A stretch of 64,000 bases of DNA, taken from IMG/VR virus record IMGVR_UViG_3300045180_000051, one strand, 5' to 3'. The number at the start of each line of letters is the position of its first letter. Position 1 is the stretch's first letter. Source of the stretch: an uncultured virus (IMG/VR IMGVR_UViG_3300045180_000051) (Duplodnaviria > Heunggongvirae > Uroviricota > Caudoviricetes). The position numbers were made by a program, and so were the translations under genes. The notes below the pieces were generated by a model, which was not told the origin of the DNA, ran no database searches, and saw only the letters and a program-made list of their open reading frames with translations. Shown here in pieces: positions 36,093-46,998 of the stretch.

Positions 36093-37337
36093 ATGGGCTT
36101 CATTGATCGATGGGTCGGAAAACCCATCAAGCTCACCGACGGCGAGTTCTGGCGAGGTTTCTTCGGCCTTGGAACGACTTCAGGTGAAACAGTCACTTAC
36201 GAAAAAGCTCTTGAGCTTGATGCAGTCTGGGCGTGCGTAAATCTCGTAGCGAACTCGGTAAAGACGCTCCCATGCAACGTGTTCAAGGACGACGGCGTCA
36301 CAATCGATCGTGAAAACGTTCTGTATGAACTGCTTCACGATATGCCCAATCTTGATGACACAGCGTCTGATTTTTGGGCGATGGTGGCCATGTGCCTTTG
36401 TCTGGACGGTAACTTTTTCGCCGAAAAGAAGATGAACGGTGGTCGCCTTACAGCTTTGAATCCGTTTCATCCGCTCGCCGTTAAGGTCTGCCGTGACGAT
36501 CGGAACAATCGATACTACGAAGTGACCGAAACCGCCAAAGGTAAGTCAGGCACGATCCGTCGTATCAGCGAAGACAAAATGTTCCACGTTCGTGGGATGG
36601 TCATTCCCGGCTGTGATCGCGGTCTTTCGCCAATTGGCGTGGTCCGGAACACTGTCGGGAACGCGCTTGCGGGTGAAAAGACGGCCGGCAAAATGTTTGC
36701 CAACGGCATGCAGGTTGCGGGCGTACTTTCATCTGACCAGATCCTAAAATCAGAACAGCGTAAACAGCTTGGTGAAGTTCTTGGCCAGTTTGCCGGGTCT
36801 GAAAAGGCCGGCAAGATTGCTGTTCTGGAAGCTGGGCTTAAATACCAGCAGCTAACGATCAATCCTCAAGACGCACAGATGCTCGAAACGCGCCAGTTCA
36901 GCGTTGAGCAGATATGCCGTATCTTCGGCGTGCCCCCTGTCATGATTGGTCATGCTTCAAACGGGACGACGACGTGGGGCAGCGGGATTGAGCAACTTAT
37001 CCTGCAGTTTACTAAGACCTGCCTTACGCCATTGCTGCGCAGCATTGAATCGGCCGTCTATCGCGATTTGCTAGATGCAAAGACCCGTAAAACGACAGTC
37101 GTGAAGTTCAATATGGAAGGCTTGCTGAGAGGCGATAGCCAAGCGCGCGCTGACTTCCTGCAGAAGATGGTCAATACCGGCATTTATACGCCAGATGAGG
37201 CGCGTAGTTACGAAAACAAGGCGTCAAAACCGGGCGGCGATCAGCTCATCGTCAACGGAACAATGCAACCTTTGCACGGCATCGGCCACAACGGCGAACC
37301 ATCGCTTGATGATGCGCCCGAAACGCGCGCTGCTTAA
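36093..37337 (+). CDS. HK97-family portal protein
   Basis: AVWACV, GLSPI, ICRIFGVPP, LLRGD. Confidence 0.95.
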   Translation: MGFIDRWVGKPIKLTDGEFWRGFFGLGTTSGETVTYEKALELDAVWACVNLVANSVKTLPCNVFKDDGVTIDRENVLYELLHDMPNLDDTASDFWAMVAMCLCLDGNFFAEKKMNGGRLTALNPFHPLAVKVCRDDRNNRYYEVTETAKGKSGTIRRISEDKMFHVRGMVIPGCDRGLSPIGVVRNTVGNALAGEKTAGKMFANGMQVAGVLSSDQILKSEQRKQLGEVLGQFAGSEKAGKIAVLEAGLKYQQLTINPQDAQMLETRQFSVEQICRIFGVPPVMIGHASNGTTTWGSGIEQLILQFTKTCLTPLLRSIESAVYRDLLDAKTRKTTVVKFNMEGLLRGDSQARADFLQKMVNTGIYTPDEARSYENKASKPGGDQLIVNGTMQPLHGIGHNGEPSLDDAPETRAA

Positions 37338-37346
37338 GGATACTTT

Positions 37347-38468
37347 ATGAAATTCGAACACATTTTGACAGCCTTTGAGGCTGAACCGTGGGCGATTCAG
37401 CGCGAAAAACTGGCAGTCCTCGCGGATATTATCGCAGCTCGTGCTGCCGGTGATAAGTTTGTGACGTCTGAGTTTGTTGCTGCTGTTTCTGATGCTCGGG
37501 CGAAAGAGATTGCGGAAACCGATGGTAAGGTTGCAGTAATTCCCGTTTACGGGGTGCTTTCTGACCGTATGGACATGTTTTCTGCAATGAGCGGAGGCAC
37601 TTCATATGCCGGCATCAAGCGGCAGCTCCACAAGGCGCTGTCGAATGACGATGTTAAGGCCGTCGTGCTTGACGTTGATAGCCCAGGCGGTTCTGTACCT
37701 GGTACCGACGAGCTGGCCACCGAGATTCGCAAGCTACGCGGTGGCGAAAAGCCGATCATTGCGCAGGTCAACAGTCTTGCCGCAAGTGCCGCATACTGGT
37801 TGGCATCGTCCGCTGACGAAATCGTTGTTACGCCTTCGGGCCGAGCTGGTTCGATCGGTGTCTACACCGCGCATGATGACATTTCGGCCGCCTTGGATAA
37901 GGCGGGCGTTAAGCGGACGTATATTTCCGCGGGCAAGCACAAGGTCGAAGGCAACGAAACCGAGCCGCTTGGCAAGGAAACACTGGCGTATATTCAGGAA
38001 AGCGTGAACCGTTCGTATGAACGCTTCCTAACAAGCGTTGCCGATGGTCGCGGTATCACAAAAGCCCGCGTGGAAGCTGACTTCGGTCAGGGCAGAGTTT
38101 TCTACTCGGAAAAGCTCATCGAGCTGGGTATGGCTGACCGTGTCGCAACGCTTGACGAGACACTGGCACGCTTTGGTGCCGAAACCGAGCCAGCATATGT
38201 GCGCAGGGTGAAAGCATCTAACGCCGCAAAGGCTGATGCAGCCAGGCTTCTTGCTACTAAAATGGCAACAGGCGAACAGATTACCAAACGCGAATTCGAG
38301 AACGGTTTGAAGGGTCTTCTAAATCTATCGAATTCTGAGGCAGAGCGGGCCGCTCGGCTCTACCTCAAGGAAGGTCAGGGGGCTCCTGACGTCGAGACGG
38401 ATGCTGCTGCTTTGGCAGCCCTAAACCGGCTTTTGGCCGAAGCAAACACACCACTCATCAAAATTTAA
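37347..38468 (+). CDS. S49 (SppA-like) prohead protease
   Basis: DSPGG, AASAAYW, GSIGV. Confidence 0.9.
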   Translation: MKFEHILTAFEAEPWAIQREKLAVLADIIAARAAGDKFVTSEFVAAVSDARAKEIAETDGKVAVIPVYGVLSDRMDMFSAMSGGTSYAGIKRQLHKALSNDDVKAVVLDVDSPGGSVPGTDELATEIRKLRGGEKPIIAQVNSLAASAAYWLASSADEIVVTPSGRAGSIGVYTAHDDISAALDKAGVKRTYISAGKHKVEGNETEPLGKETLAYIQESVNRSYERFLTSVADGRGITKARVEADFGQGRVFYSEKLIELGMADRVATLDETLARFGAETEPAYVRRVKASNAAKADAARLLATKMATGEQITKREFENGLKGLLNLSNSEAERAARLYLKEGQGAPDVETDAAALAALNRLLAEANTPLIKI

Positions 38469-38478
38469 GGAGCCACAC

Positions 38479-39687
38479 ATGGCTGATAACGTACTTGCCG
38501 ATAAAATCGGCGAGCTTGGTACTTCGCTTGCCTCCATCAAGGAACAGGTCGGCAATCTCGCTGTAGACTTTACGTCGAAACTTGCTGCTAACGGCGAGGT
38601 TTCTGCTGAACTCAAGGAAAAGACCGACAAGGCACTTTCTGAGCTCGGAGACATGACCACACGCCTTGGCGATCTCGAAAAGCGCGCCGCCCGTGAAAAG
38701 GACGAGGGCGCCAACGAACAGAAGTCGCTTGGCGACATGGTTATCGACTCTGCCGATTATAAGGCGGGGATGCTGACGGGTGCGTCCCGCGGTTCGATCA
38801 AGGTGACGGCAGATCGTGCTGCAATCACTTCGGCCAACACCACTGTGGGCGCTGGTCGTAGTCAGGGCACGTCACTCGTTCCAGGTGCACGCGTGCCGGG
38901 CATCTTTGGTCTGCCAGAGCGTACTCTGACGATCCGCGATCTCGTGCTTCCGGGCCAGACTTCTTCGAGCTCTATCGAGTACGTGAAGGAAACCGGCTAC
39001 ACGAACAATGCGGCTCCTGTCGCTGAAACGACTGCAAAGCCATATTCGGACCTGACGTTCGATATGACCTCCGCGCCGGTTCGCACTATTGCTCATCTGT
39101 TCAAGGCTTCGCGCCAGATCTTGGACGATGCTCCGGCCCTTCGTTCCTACATCGATGGCCGTGCTCGTTATGGTCTGCGCTTTGCGGAAGAAAATCAGCT
39201 ACTCAATGGCTCTGGTACTGGCCAGAACATTCACGGTCTGGTTCCGCAGGCAACTGCGTTTAGCCCAGCCTTCACTTTGCCAGGTGCAACAGGTATTGAC
39301 CGCCTTCGCCTCGCAATCCTTCAGGTGGTTCTTGCTGAGTATCCGGCCACAGCTTTTGTCCTCAATCCAATTGATTGGACGAAGATTGAGCTAACCAAAG
39401 ATGCGGGCGGCAATTACATCATCGGCAATCCGCAGGGATCGCTGACGCCAACTCTCTGGAACCTGCCAGTGGTTTCCACGCAGGCTATGGCTGCAGGCGA
39501 ATTCCTCACTGGTGCGTTCAGCTTCGCTGCACAGATCTTCGATCGTCTCGATATCGAAGTGTTGCTGTCGAGCGAGAACGTCGACGACTTCGAAAAGAAT
39601 ATGTTCACGATCCGCGCGGAAGAGCGACTGGCATTCGCCGTCTATCGTCCAGAGTCGTTCGTTACCGGCGACGTCGAAGGCGCTTAA
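38479..39687 (+). CDS. HK97-fold major capsid protein
   Basis: N-terminal coiled-coil delta domain, SRQILDDAP, LLNGSG, IRAEER. Confidence 0.95.
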   Translation: MADNVLADKIGELGTSLASIKEQVGNLAVDFTSKLAANGEVSAELKEKTDKALSELGDMTTRLGDLEKRAAREKDEGANEQKSLGDMVIDSADYKAGMLTGASRGSIKVTADRAAITSANTTVGAGRSQGTSLVPGARVPGIFGLPERTLTIRDLVLPGQTSSSSIEYVKETGYTNNAAPVAETTAKPYSDLTFDMTSAPVRTIAHLFKASRQILDDAPALRSYIDGRARYGLRFAEENQLLNGSGTGQNIHGLVPQATAFSPAFTLPGATGIDRLRLAILQVVLAEYPATAFVLNPIDWTKIELTKDAGGNYIIGNPQGSLTPTLWNLPVVSTQAMAAGEFLTGAFSFAAQIFDRLDIEVLLSSENVDDFEKNMFTIRAEERLAFAVYRPESFVTGDVEGA

Positions 39688-39733
39688 TGGGGGACGGGGA
39701 GCTTCAGCTCCCCTTTTCCAGATTGGAGAGAAC

Positions 39734-39976
39734 ATGACTGATTTTCTAGAAGTTAAAGCCCTAAAGACTTTTGCTCTCGGCAAAGATCTAAAAACTCGCA
39801 AGAGCCCGTCTTTCGAAGTTGAAGCTGGCGAAGCTCGACAGCTGGAAGCACAGGGCCTTGTGTCTTTGGCTGGCAAGACAGATGCGACTAAGGAAGCGGA
39901 CGGCGTCACGCCAGAGAATGGCACCAAGCTCAAGCAGAAGGCGAAATCAGATGGCAGTATCGACAAAGACACGTAA
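39734..39976 (+). CDS. Small head-region protein
   Basis: GGAG RBS after the capsid terminator. Confidence 0.6.
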   Translation: MTDFLEVKALKTFALGKDLKTRKSPSFEVEAGEARQLEAQGLVSLAGKTDATKEADGVTPENGTKLKQKAKSDGSIDKDT

Positions 39977-40068
39977 GAAACGGGTCGCCAGCTATATCGG
40001 TGCCGGGGTTGTCACTCCAAATCCTCAGCCCGAACCGGAGCCAGAAGTGCCGCCTGAAGGTGGTGGCG

Positions 40069-40401
40069 ATGGCACTAATTGATCCTGCTGTATTCAAGCG
40101 TCACCTTCGTGTTTTTCACGACGACGAAGACGACGAGCTGACGCTTTATCTCGTCGCCGCGGAAACTGTGGTCACTGAATACCTCGATCGCGAGGTCGTA
40201 GCGGCGGGTCAAACGCCGTCACTTGCTGACGGCATCGTCATTAATGCCGCTATTTCGGCGGCCATTCTGCTTGTCGGTGCAGACCTTTACGAAAATCGCG
40301 AGCCTGACACCGCATCCAGCGGAGACGCAGTTTTGCCGAGACATGTTCGAGCGCTGCTCTCGGCGTACCGAGTTTGGCGGGTTGAAGAAGAGGTGCCGTA
40401 A
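40069..40401 (+). CDS. Head-tail connector (gp6-like)
   Basis: KRHLRV...AILLVGADLYENRE...VRALL. Confidence 0.85.
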   Translation: MALIDPAVFKRHLRVFHDDEDDELTLYLVAAETVVTEYLDREVVAAGQTPSLADGIVINAAISAAILLVGADLYENREPDTASSGDAVLPRHVRALLSAYRVWRVEEEVP

Positions 40402-40566
40402 TGCCCCACGTCCGCTTCTCCGAAGACTTCGACTGGAAGCCGCTCCCGCAAGTCACCATCGCATATAAGGCTGGCTGGTCAGGGCGTGTCACCACACCTT
40501 GCGCGAATTCTGCTGTCGCAAGCAACAAGGCTGTACGTCTGAAAACTCCGAAAAAAGGTGAGAAGG

Positions 40567-40917
40567 ATGGCGAAACGTAAGGGCGCAGGCGCGCTCAACA
40601 ACATCGTCGTCTTTCAGCAGCGCGAAGCGGTGCGGGACGAAGGCGGTGGCACTAGCCAAGAGTGGGTAGACAAGTTCGAAACTTCTGCTCGTTTACAGCC
40701 ACGCCTAGGTTCCGAAACGGACATTGCGTCCCGTACGCAGGGCATCCAGCCGTATACGCTCGTTGTCAGAAGCGAAACGCGAACAAGAGGCGTTACGCCG
40801 TCTTGGCGGGCTAGGAACAAGCGAACCGGTGTTCTTTACGAGATCCAGTCATGTGCCAACCCGGACGAAGTTAATCAGTACATCGAAATGCGCGCTGTCG
40901 TGCAGGGCGGTGGCTGA
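40567..40917 (+). CDS. Head closure/head-tail adaptor
   Basis: DEGGG...W; position after the connector. Confidence 0.75.
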   Translation: MAKRKGAGALNNIVVFQQREAVRDEGGGTSQEWVDKFETSARLQPRLGSETDIASRTQGIQPYTLVVRSETRTRGVTPSWRARNKRTGVLYEIQSCANPDEVNQYIEMRAVVQGGG

Positions 40918-41390
40918 TGGCTATCGGTGCTCGTATTCTGGGGCTTGCTAAACTCGAACAGAAGTTCAAGCGCTTGCCGAAAGTCGCTCGCGACATGGTT
41001 CGCGGGGCTATGGAGCAGGGTGCTGAAGATATCGTCGATATGATGAAACGTCGTGTTGCTGAAGATGACGGCGCACTACGGGAAAGCATTGGCTGGACGT
41101 GGGGTAAAGCACCAAAAGGCAGCATGGTGATCGCGACAGTCGAAGCCAGCCTTGCAGCTGATTGGACAATCACGATCTTTGCAGGAAACAAAGAAGCTTA
41201 CTACGCTCGCTGGGTTGAGTTTGGCACGGTAGGCTTTGCCAATAAAGGCATGTTTCCAGGCACAAAGAACCCCGGTCAGGGAAAGCAACCATTCTTCTAC
41301 GTGACGTGGCGAGCCAAAGACAAAGAAACAAAACGCCGTATTCGTCGAGCCATCACCAAAGCAGCAAAAACAGTAGCCGCAGGAGGCTGA
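40917..41390 (+). CDS. HK97 gp10-like neck protein
   Basis: DDGALRESI, YYARWVEFGT, QPFF. Confidence 0.85.
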   Translation: MAIGARILGLAKLEQKFKRLPKVARDMVRGAMEQGAEDIVDMMKRRVAEDDGALRESIGWTWGKAPKGSMVIATVEASLAADWTITIFAGNKEAYYARWVEFGTVGFANKGMFPGTKNPGQGKQPFFYVTWRAKDKETKRRIRRAITKAAKTVAAGG

Positions 41391-41393
41391 TGG

Positions 41394-41813
41394 ATGGACC
41401 CTGTATGGGAACTTCAAACCGCTATCTATGCGCGGTTATCGCAGAATGCTGCGCTGACAACGCTAATCGGCGCGGACAAGGTCTATGACAATCCTCCCGC
41501 AGATCCGAATGGCAACATACCGGCCGCAACTTATCCGTATGTTTCATTCGGCAGCGCTTCGTCTTCTGATGACAGTGCCGATTGCGTTGATGCGGTTGAC
41601 GTTATTTTCCAAATTAATTGCTGGTCGTCTCTGCCGAGTCAGAAACAGGTTAGGCAAATCGCTGACGCTGTGACCAAGGCACTTAGACGATGGGAACCGC
41701 CGCTCACAGTAAATGCTCTCGTCACCTTCGATCCTTGGCGCACTGACTACATCCGCGCTCCCGGCGTCAATCAGGCGTCACTCCAGTACACGGCAGTCAT
41801 CGAGACGCCGTAG
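41394..41813 (+). CDS. Tail completion/terminator protein (DUF3168-like)
   Basis: LQTAIYARL, VYD, YPYVSFG. Confidence 0.8.
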   Translation: MDPVWELQTAIYARLSQNAALTTLIGADKVYDNPPADPNGNIPAATYPYVSFGSASSSDDSADCVDAVDVIFQINCWSSLPSQKQVRQIADAVTKALRRWEPPLTVNALVTFDPWRTDYIRAPGVNQASLQYTAVIETP

Positions 41814-41886
41814 CCCGCACAGTCGGATTTCACCACTCATTCTCTTTTAAGGTCGCCATAGGTGGCCTTTTTTGTTGGAGGCCGCA

Positions 41887-42336
41887 TTGGCTCAAGCAAC
41901 GACTATCAAGGGCGGCAAATTCCGCGTCCTTATCGGCAACGATGCCGACCCAATTGTATACGAAAACCCATGCGGCTTCACGCAGCGGTCTATTACAATC
42001 AACAAGGGCCTCGAAGAGGTCAATGTTCCTGACTGTACCGATCCTGATAAGGTCGATTGGGTTGGGCGCGATGCAACCAGTCTTTCGATGAGTATCAGTG
42101 GGGAAGGCGTACTTGCCGCTGAAAGCGTCGATGTTTGGCTAGATGCGGTCGACAGTCTCGAATCCATTCCAGTGAAGGTTGAGTGGGAATTTCCTGCAAA
42201 AACCATTACGTGGACCGGCTTCATGCATGTTGAAAGCATTGAGGCGGGCGCAACCAACGGCCAGCGCGCGACGCTGAATGTCAGCTTGCAGTCTGACGGT
42301 GTTATGGTTCGCACATCTACGCCGGCTACACCATAA
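41887..42336 (+). CDS. Tail tube (major tail) protein
   Basis: GGAGG RBS with TTG start; PCG, PDC, ISGEG, SDG. Confidence 0.8.
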   Translation: MAQATTIKGGKFRVLIGNDADPIVYENPCGFTQRSITINKGLEEVNVPDCTDPDKVDWVGRDATSLSMSISGEGVLAAESVDVWLDAVDSLESIPVKVEWEFPAKTITWTGFMHVESIEAGATNGQRATLNVSLQSDGVMVRTSTPATP

Positions 42337-42761
42337 TGAGCCGTGACGCATCGATCGAGCTAACCTGGGCGGATGATGATTACACCTTCCGCCTTGGGTG
42401 GAGCGAACTCGAAGCACTCCAGGAGGCCTGCGATGCGGGCCCCTGGGTTATTCTTGAGCGGCTTCACAACAAGCAATGCCGGTCTGGTGAGATTGCTGAT
42501 GTTATCAGGCAGGGGCTCATCGGTGGCGGTTTGAAGCCGCCTGAAGCCACAAAGCTGGTTCAGAGATACGTCAAAGAGCGTGTGTCTGATTTGGCTGAGA
42601 ATCTCTTATTTGCGATAGCTATTTTGCAAACCGCCCTTCAGGGAGCGCCTGAAGAGCCATTGGGGGAGCCGGGGGCGGCAAGTCAGGAGGGGAACAACTC
42701 GACAGTCTCCCCAATGGAAAGATCAGATTTGCCGCAATCTACGGAAACGGTGCAGTTCTAG
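42336..42761 (+). CDS. Tail assembly chaperone (GTA gp10-like), with probable -1 frameshift extension to 42910
   Basis: FRLGW.EL..LQE.CDAGP, GLIGGG; overlapping -1 frame open to TGA 42910. Confidence 0.8.
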   Translation: MSRDASIELTWADDDYTFRLGWSELEALQEACDAGPWVILERLHNKQCRSGEIADVIRQGLIGGGLKPPEATKLVQRYVKERVSDLAENLLFAIAILQTALQGAPEEPLGEPGAASQEGNNSTVSPMERSDLPQSTETVQF

Positions 42762-42918
42762 GATTTACGCCGCAAGACGTTGGCAAAATGTCGATGTGGC
42801 AATACATGGCTGCGCTTGATGGTTACATCAAAGCGAATACGCCAGACGAGCCCGGTAAGCTTTCAGAAACCGAGAAAGACGATCTTTGGGATTGGATTAA
42901 GGCTGGGTGATGCTGGCC

Positions 42919-43233
42919 TTACCAATACTTTACGCCGATGTTCTTATCATGCCATGCCCGTCCGACTGTGTAGTTTAGACACCGGTCAACTTCGCCTCGG
43001 GCTTTCGCAAAGCTATCAGCGTGACCGTCCGGACTGCCGTTCTTCCAAGAGTTCAGGGCTTTTACCCAAACATCGCAATCGGCCTCGTAGTCCCTAAGTG
43101 CTTGTTCTGCGCTAGCTGAACGCGCCGCAGCAACATACTGCGCAGCCCGGTACTCATTCCAAAAATAGTACCCGACGAACGCGATAACCGCGATGCAGGC
43201 CGCGCCGACCAATACTTTCATCCACATCCCCAA
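42919..43233 (-). CDS. Opposite-strand membrane-anchored accessory protein (moron)
   Basis: N-terminal TM helix; sits between the chaperone and tape measure genes. Confidence 0.65.
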   Translation of the reverse strand: MGMWMKVLVGAACIAVIAFVGYYFWNEYRAAQYVAAARSASAEQALRDYEADCDVWVKALNSWKNGSPDGHADSFAKARGEVDRCLNYTVGRAWHDKNIGVKYW

Positions 43234-43279
43234 GTTCGCGTGACTGCGAGCTTTTTTTCTTATCAGGACATCGTTTAGT

Positions 43280-46200
43280 ATGGCAAGAACCGACCTCGAA
43301 AGTCTGGTTGTTCAGCTTTCTGCTGACTTCAAGTCATTTGAAAAAAGCCTGGCCCGCGCCAACGATGTTTCTAATCGCCAATTTAATGCGATTGAACGAC
43401 GCGCCCGCCAGATGAACAAGAATCTGGATAGTATTTTCACGCGCTCGTTTAGCGGCCTCACGGCACCGCTCGCCGGAATCGGCGCTGCACTCGGTGTCGA
43501 TCAGCTTCGCAAGATGACTGATACGTGGACGGATATGACGTCCCGCGTCAATCTTGCCGCAGGGTCGATCGATAAAGGTACCGAGGTCATGGGCCGTCTC
43601 GGCGACATGGCTCGCCGTACGTATTCGGATCTGACCCAAACAGCCGAAAGCTATCTATCCAATGCTACAGCTGTTCGCGAGCTTGGATATAACACCGATG
43701 AATCGCTAAACTACACCGAGGCGTTGAACAATGCGCTCGTGGTTTCAGGAGCTAAGGGCGATCGAGCTGCACGAGTTATCGATGCGCTCGCCAAAGCTAT
43801 GGCGACCGGCAAGTTGCAAGGCGATAACCTCAATACGGTGATTGAATCCGGCGGCCGCGTTGCGGAAGCGTTGGCAGCTGGTCTTGATACGACAGTTGGC
43901 GGCCTGCGCAAGCTTGGTTCGCAGGGCAAGATCACGGGCAACGACATTGTTCGCGGCCTATCGAGCCAGATGGAAACGCTGCGTCAGGAAGCGGCCGACA
44001 TGCCAGCGACGATCGGCGACGGCTTTACGCTTCTGAATAATGCTCTGCTTCAGTATGTTGGCAATGCTGACAGCGCAGCTGGCGTATCTGCGAAGATTTC
44101 CGAAGCGCTGGTCATGATTGCCGACAACTTCGACAAGGTTGCAGATGGCGCTTTGCAGGTTGCCGCGGTAATCGCTGGTGCCCTAGTGGGGCGTTCGCTC
44201 GCGGGTATGATCCGTACATTAGGTCTTGCTGGTACTGCACTGGCGAGTTTCACTAAGGCGTTGGCAGCTGCCCGGACTATGGGTGGCCTTACTACAGCCT
44301 TCGGTGGCCTTGGTGCCGCTGCTGGCCCTGTTGGTATGATCATCGGCGGTGCTGTCGTTGGTTCCCTAGCACTCTATTCTGCCAATGCAGCAGATGCCTC
44401 CAATCGGTCACAGAAGTTCGAAAAGGACTTGGAATCGTTAGGACTTCTGGCTCCGCGTGTTGCTGAAGGAATCGAGAGTGCAGCTGTTTCCCTTGAAAAA
44501 TTGGGGAAAGAAAAAACTGCACAGAAGATTCGTTCTATCGCTGATGAGCTTGATCGAATTCGGAACGGTGGAAACTTTGGCGCGGTAGGCGACGAACTGA
44601 ATGCTATCGCGGGCAAAGCTAGGTCTGGTGGAGTCATCAGGCTTTGGGATGATGATGCTGATAGCAAGGCGCGCACCGAAATCATTGAACTGACTGCCGG
44701 TCTGCAGAATATGCAGATTACAACTGACAAAGTTCGAGAGCGAATGAATGCTATTCGCTCCACGCCGATCAGCGATCCAGTCAAAGACCTTGCCAATGAG
44801 TTAGACCGTTCTGCTCAGAAAATGGCGGCATTACAGGCGCAATCGATTTCCTACGGCGAAATGCCGGGGCTCAAGGTCGCGCAAGAGGAGATCAACGCTG
44901 TTATCAGCGACTTTGATCGACTCGAAAAAATGGAAATTATCACATCTGAGCAGCGCAAAGCCTTAGAGGATGCGCTGAGAAAGCTGCGCGATACTGGCGA
45001 TGGGGCGGTTGAGGCGCGCGCTGCGCTCGCATCGATAGGCGGCGTTAGCTTTAGCACAACGCTGAGCGGCCTTGATGGGTTGATTGATCGTGTCTCGACG
45101 CTCTACCAGCAGTTGGCGATTGCCCAACAGGTTATGGGCCAGATATCCGGTGCGCAAAATGCCATCGAAGATCGCTCGACCCGTTCAGCTAAAGATCCAT
45201 ACATCATGCAGCGTGAAGCTGCGAATGAGTATGAACGCGATCAGATGCGGTTGGCGGCGCTCAGCAAAAAGGAACACGCGCTCGAAATGGAGCGCAAGAA
45301 AGTTCGCGACGCAGCCACTAGAGATGGCATAGCTCTCGAAGCGGATGCTATCGACCGAATCGCGAAAGCGAACCTTGCCGCACAGGAAAGCCGAACCGCC
45401 GAAGGCAAGAAGCCGAAGAAAGAAAAAAAGACACCGGCTGAAAAATTCGACACTACGGTTCAGGACGCTAACGACCGGACAGCTGCACTTGTCGCGGAAA
45501 CTGAGGCTCTTCGCCAGATCAATCCACTAATTGATGATTACGGCTTCGCAGCTGAAAAGGCACGCACCGAGCAGGAGTTGCTTAATGCAGCTCAAAAGGC
45601 TGGCATTGCCATCACTCCTGAACTCCGTTCGCAGATTGCGCAAACTGCCCAGCAGTGGGCGCTCGCAACTGCGGAAGCGAATAAGCTCAACGAAGCGCAA
45701 GGCGAGTTAAGGCAAAAATCCGAAGAATGGCGCAGCACCGAGCTCGATGCGTTCAAGGGATTGGTGACGGATCTGTCATCTGGAAAAGACGCTGTTGAAG
45801 CCCTGACCGACGCAGTACAAAAGCTGATCGATAAGCTGCTGGACATGACGTTGAACAACCTTTTCGAAGGTCTATTCGGGAAGTCAGGAAGTCTGTTCGG
45901 CGGGTTCATGGGTTTCAAAGACGGCGGACTGCCTAAGTTTGCCAATGGAACGCCTTCGCGACTCGGTCCCGGCCTCATTCGTGGACCTGGAACTGGTCGC
46001 AGTGATAGCATACTTGCGCGAGTATCGAACAAAGAGTTCATCACGAACGCTCGTTCGACAGCAAAACATCGTGGGCTTCTTGAAGCGATCAATGAGGATC
46101 GATTGCCTGCATTTGCGACCGGCACACCAAGTCTGCGCGCCCCATCAATGCCGATACTCAGCGCTCCACAAAGAGCGGGAGCCGCAGGCCCGATGCGTGT

Positions 46201-46363
46201 GGATGTTGTGACCCGGTTCGAGAATGACGGAAACTTCCATTCGTATGTCGAGAACGTGTCTCAGAGCGCCAGCACAAGAACCGTCAAAGCATACGACAAA
46301 TCAGGCCCGATGCGTTTTGCGCGGGACAGTAAGCAGGCATCGAGGCGGGGGTTAGTGCGATGA
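43280..46363 (+). CDS. Tail tape measure protein
   Basis: 1027 aa, Ala-rich helical, N-terminal tape-measure domain, GPGTGRSDSI...EF. Confidence 0.9.
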   Translation: MARTDLESLVVQLSADFKSFEKSLARANDVSNRQFNAIERRARQMNKNLDSIFTRSFSGLTAPLAGIGAALGVDQLRKMTDTWTDMTSRVNLAAGSIDKGTEVMGRLGDMARRTYSDLTQTAESYLSNATAVRELGYNTDESLNYTEALNNALVVSGAKGDRAARVIDALAKAMATGKLQGDNLNTVIESGGRVAEALAAGLDTTVGGLRKLGSQGKITGNDIVRGLSSQMETLRQEAADMPATIGDGFTLLNNALLQYVGNADSAAGVSAKISEALVMIADNFDKVADGALQVAAVIAGALVGRSLAGMIRTLGLAGTALASFTKALAAARTMGGLTTAFGGLGAAAGPVGMIIGGAVVGSLALYSANAADASNRSQKFEKDLESLGLLAPRVAEGIESAAVSLEKLGKEKTAQKIRSIADELDRIRNGGNFGAVGDELNAIAGKARSGGVIRLWDDDADSKARTEIIELTAGLQNMQITTDKVRERMNAIRSTPISDPVKDLANELDRSAQKMAALQAQSISYGEMPGLKVAQEEINAVISDFDRLEKMEIITSEQRKALEDALRKLRDTGDGAVEARAALASIGGVSFSTTLSGLDGLIDRVSTLYQQLAIAQQVMGQISGAQNAIEDRSTRSAKDPYIMQREAANEYERDQMRLAALSKKEHALEMERKKVRDAATRDGIALEADAIDRIAKANLAAQESRTAEGKKPKKEKKTPAEKFDTTVQDANDRTAALVAETEALRQINPLIDDYGFAAEKARTEQELLNAAQKAGIAITPELRSQIAQTAQQWALATAEANKLNEAQGELRQKSEEWRSTELDAFKGLVTDLSSGKDAVEALTDAVQKLIDKLLDMTLNNLFEGLFGKSGSLFGGFMGFKDGGLPKFANGTPSRLGPGLIRGPGTGRSDSILARVSNKEFITNARSTAKHRGLLEAINEDRLPAFATGTPSLRAPSMPILSAPQRAGAAGPMRVDVVTRFENDGNFHSYVENVSQSASTRTVKAYDKSGPMRFARDSKQASRRGLVR

Positions 46364-46977
46364 TCGATCTTCTCTCAACCGTCCGCTTCGTGCCGTCGTA
46401 CCCAATGCTGAACAACCCGACCAGCCAGACAAAATTCGGCGGTCGGGTTATTTCGACGGTTGAGTTCGTTGATCCTTATCGCACTGTGGATATGGAAACT
46501 TTACCGATGAAGGCCAGTGAGGCCGTTCAGCTTCAGGCTTTTATTGCGGCTGCCAAGGGCGGCATGGAAACGATTGTCTATCGTCCGAAGCATATATGCA
46601 TTCCCCGCGCTTATTGGGGTGATCCGAACAATTCTCACATCACCGGCACAGCATCGCGCGGAACGGTGACAGGCGGATACACTGTTCAGCTAACAGGTGT
46701 TGTTCCGGGTTTGCAGTTGATGGACGGTGATATGTTCTCACTGAAGAGCGGTGATTACCGTCAGTTCTTGCAGGTGGCATATGGTGGCGGCGCAACAGCT
46801 GTCAGCACGACGATCACTGTTAAGGTGGATCAGCCGATTGCGTCTTATATCGCAACCGGCGCAACGGCTCGTTTCAAGCAGCCAGAAATGAATGCCCGAC
46901 TTGTGAGAGACAGCTTTCAGATGTCGAAAGGTCCGCGCCCGACTGCATCTTTCCAGCTGATCGAGGTGCCGAAGTGA
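46360..46977 (+). CDS. Distal tail protein-like
   Basis: Position directly after the tape measure gene. Confidence 0.65.
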   Translation: MIDLLSTVRFVPSYPMLNNPTSQTKFGGRVISTVEFVDPYRTVDMETLPMKASEAVQLQAFIAAAKGGMETIVYRPKHICIPRAYWGDPNNSHITGTASRGTVTGGYTVQLTGVVPGLQLMDGDMFSLKSGDYRQFLQVAYGGGATAVSTTITVKVDQPIASYIATGATARFKQPEMNARLVRDSFQMSKGPRPTASFQLIEVPK

Positions 46978-46998
46978 TGGACGACTTGTAGAGCCGTA

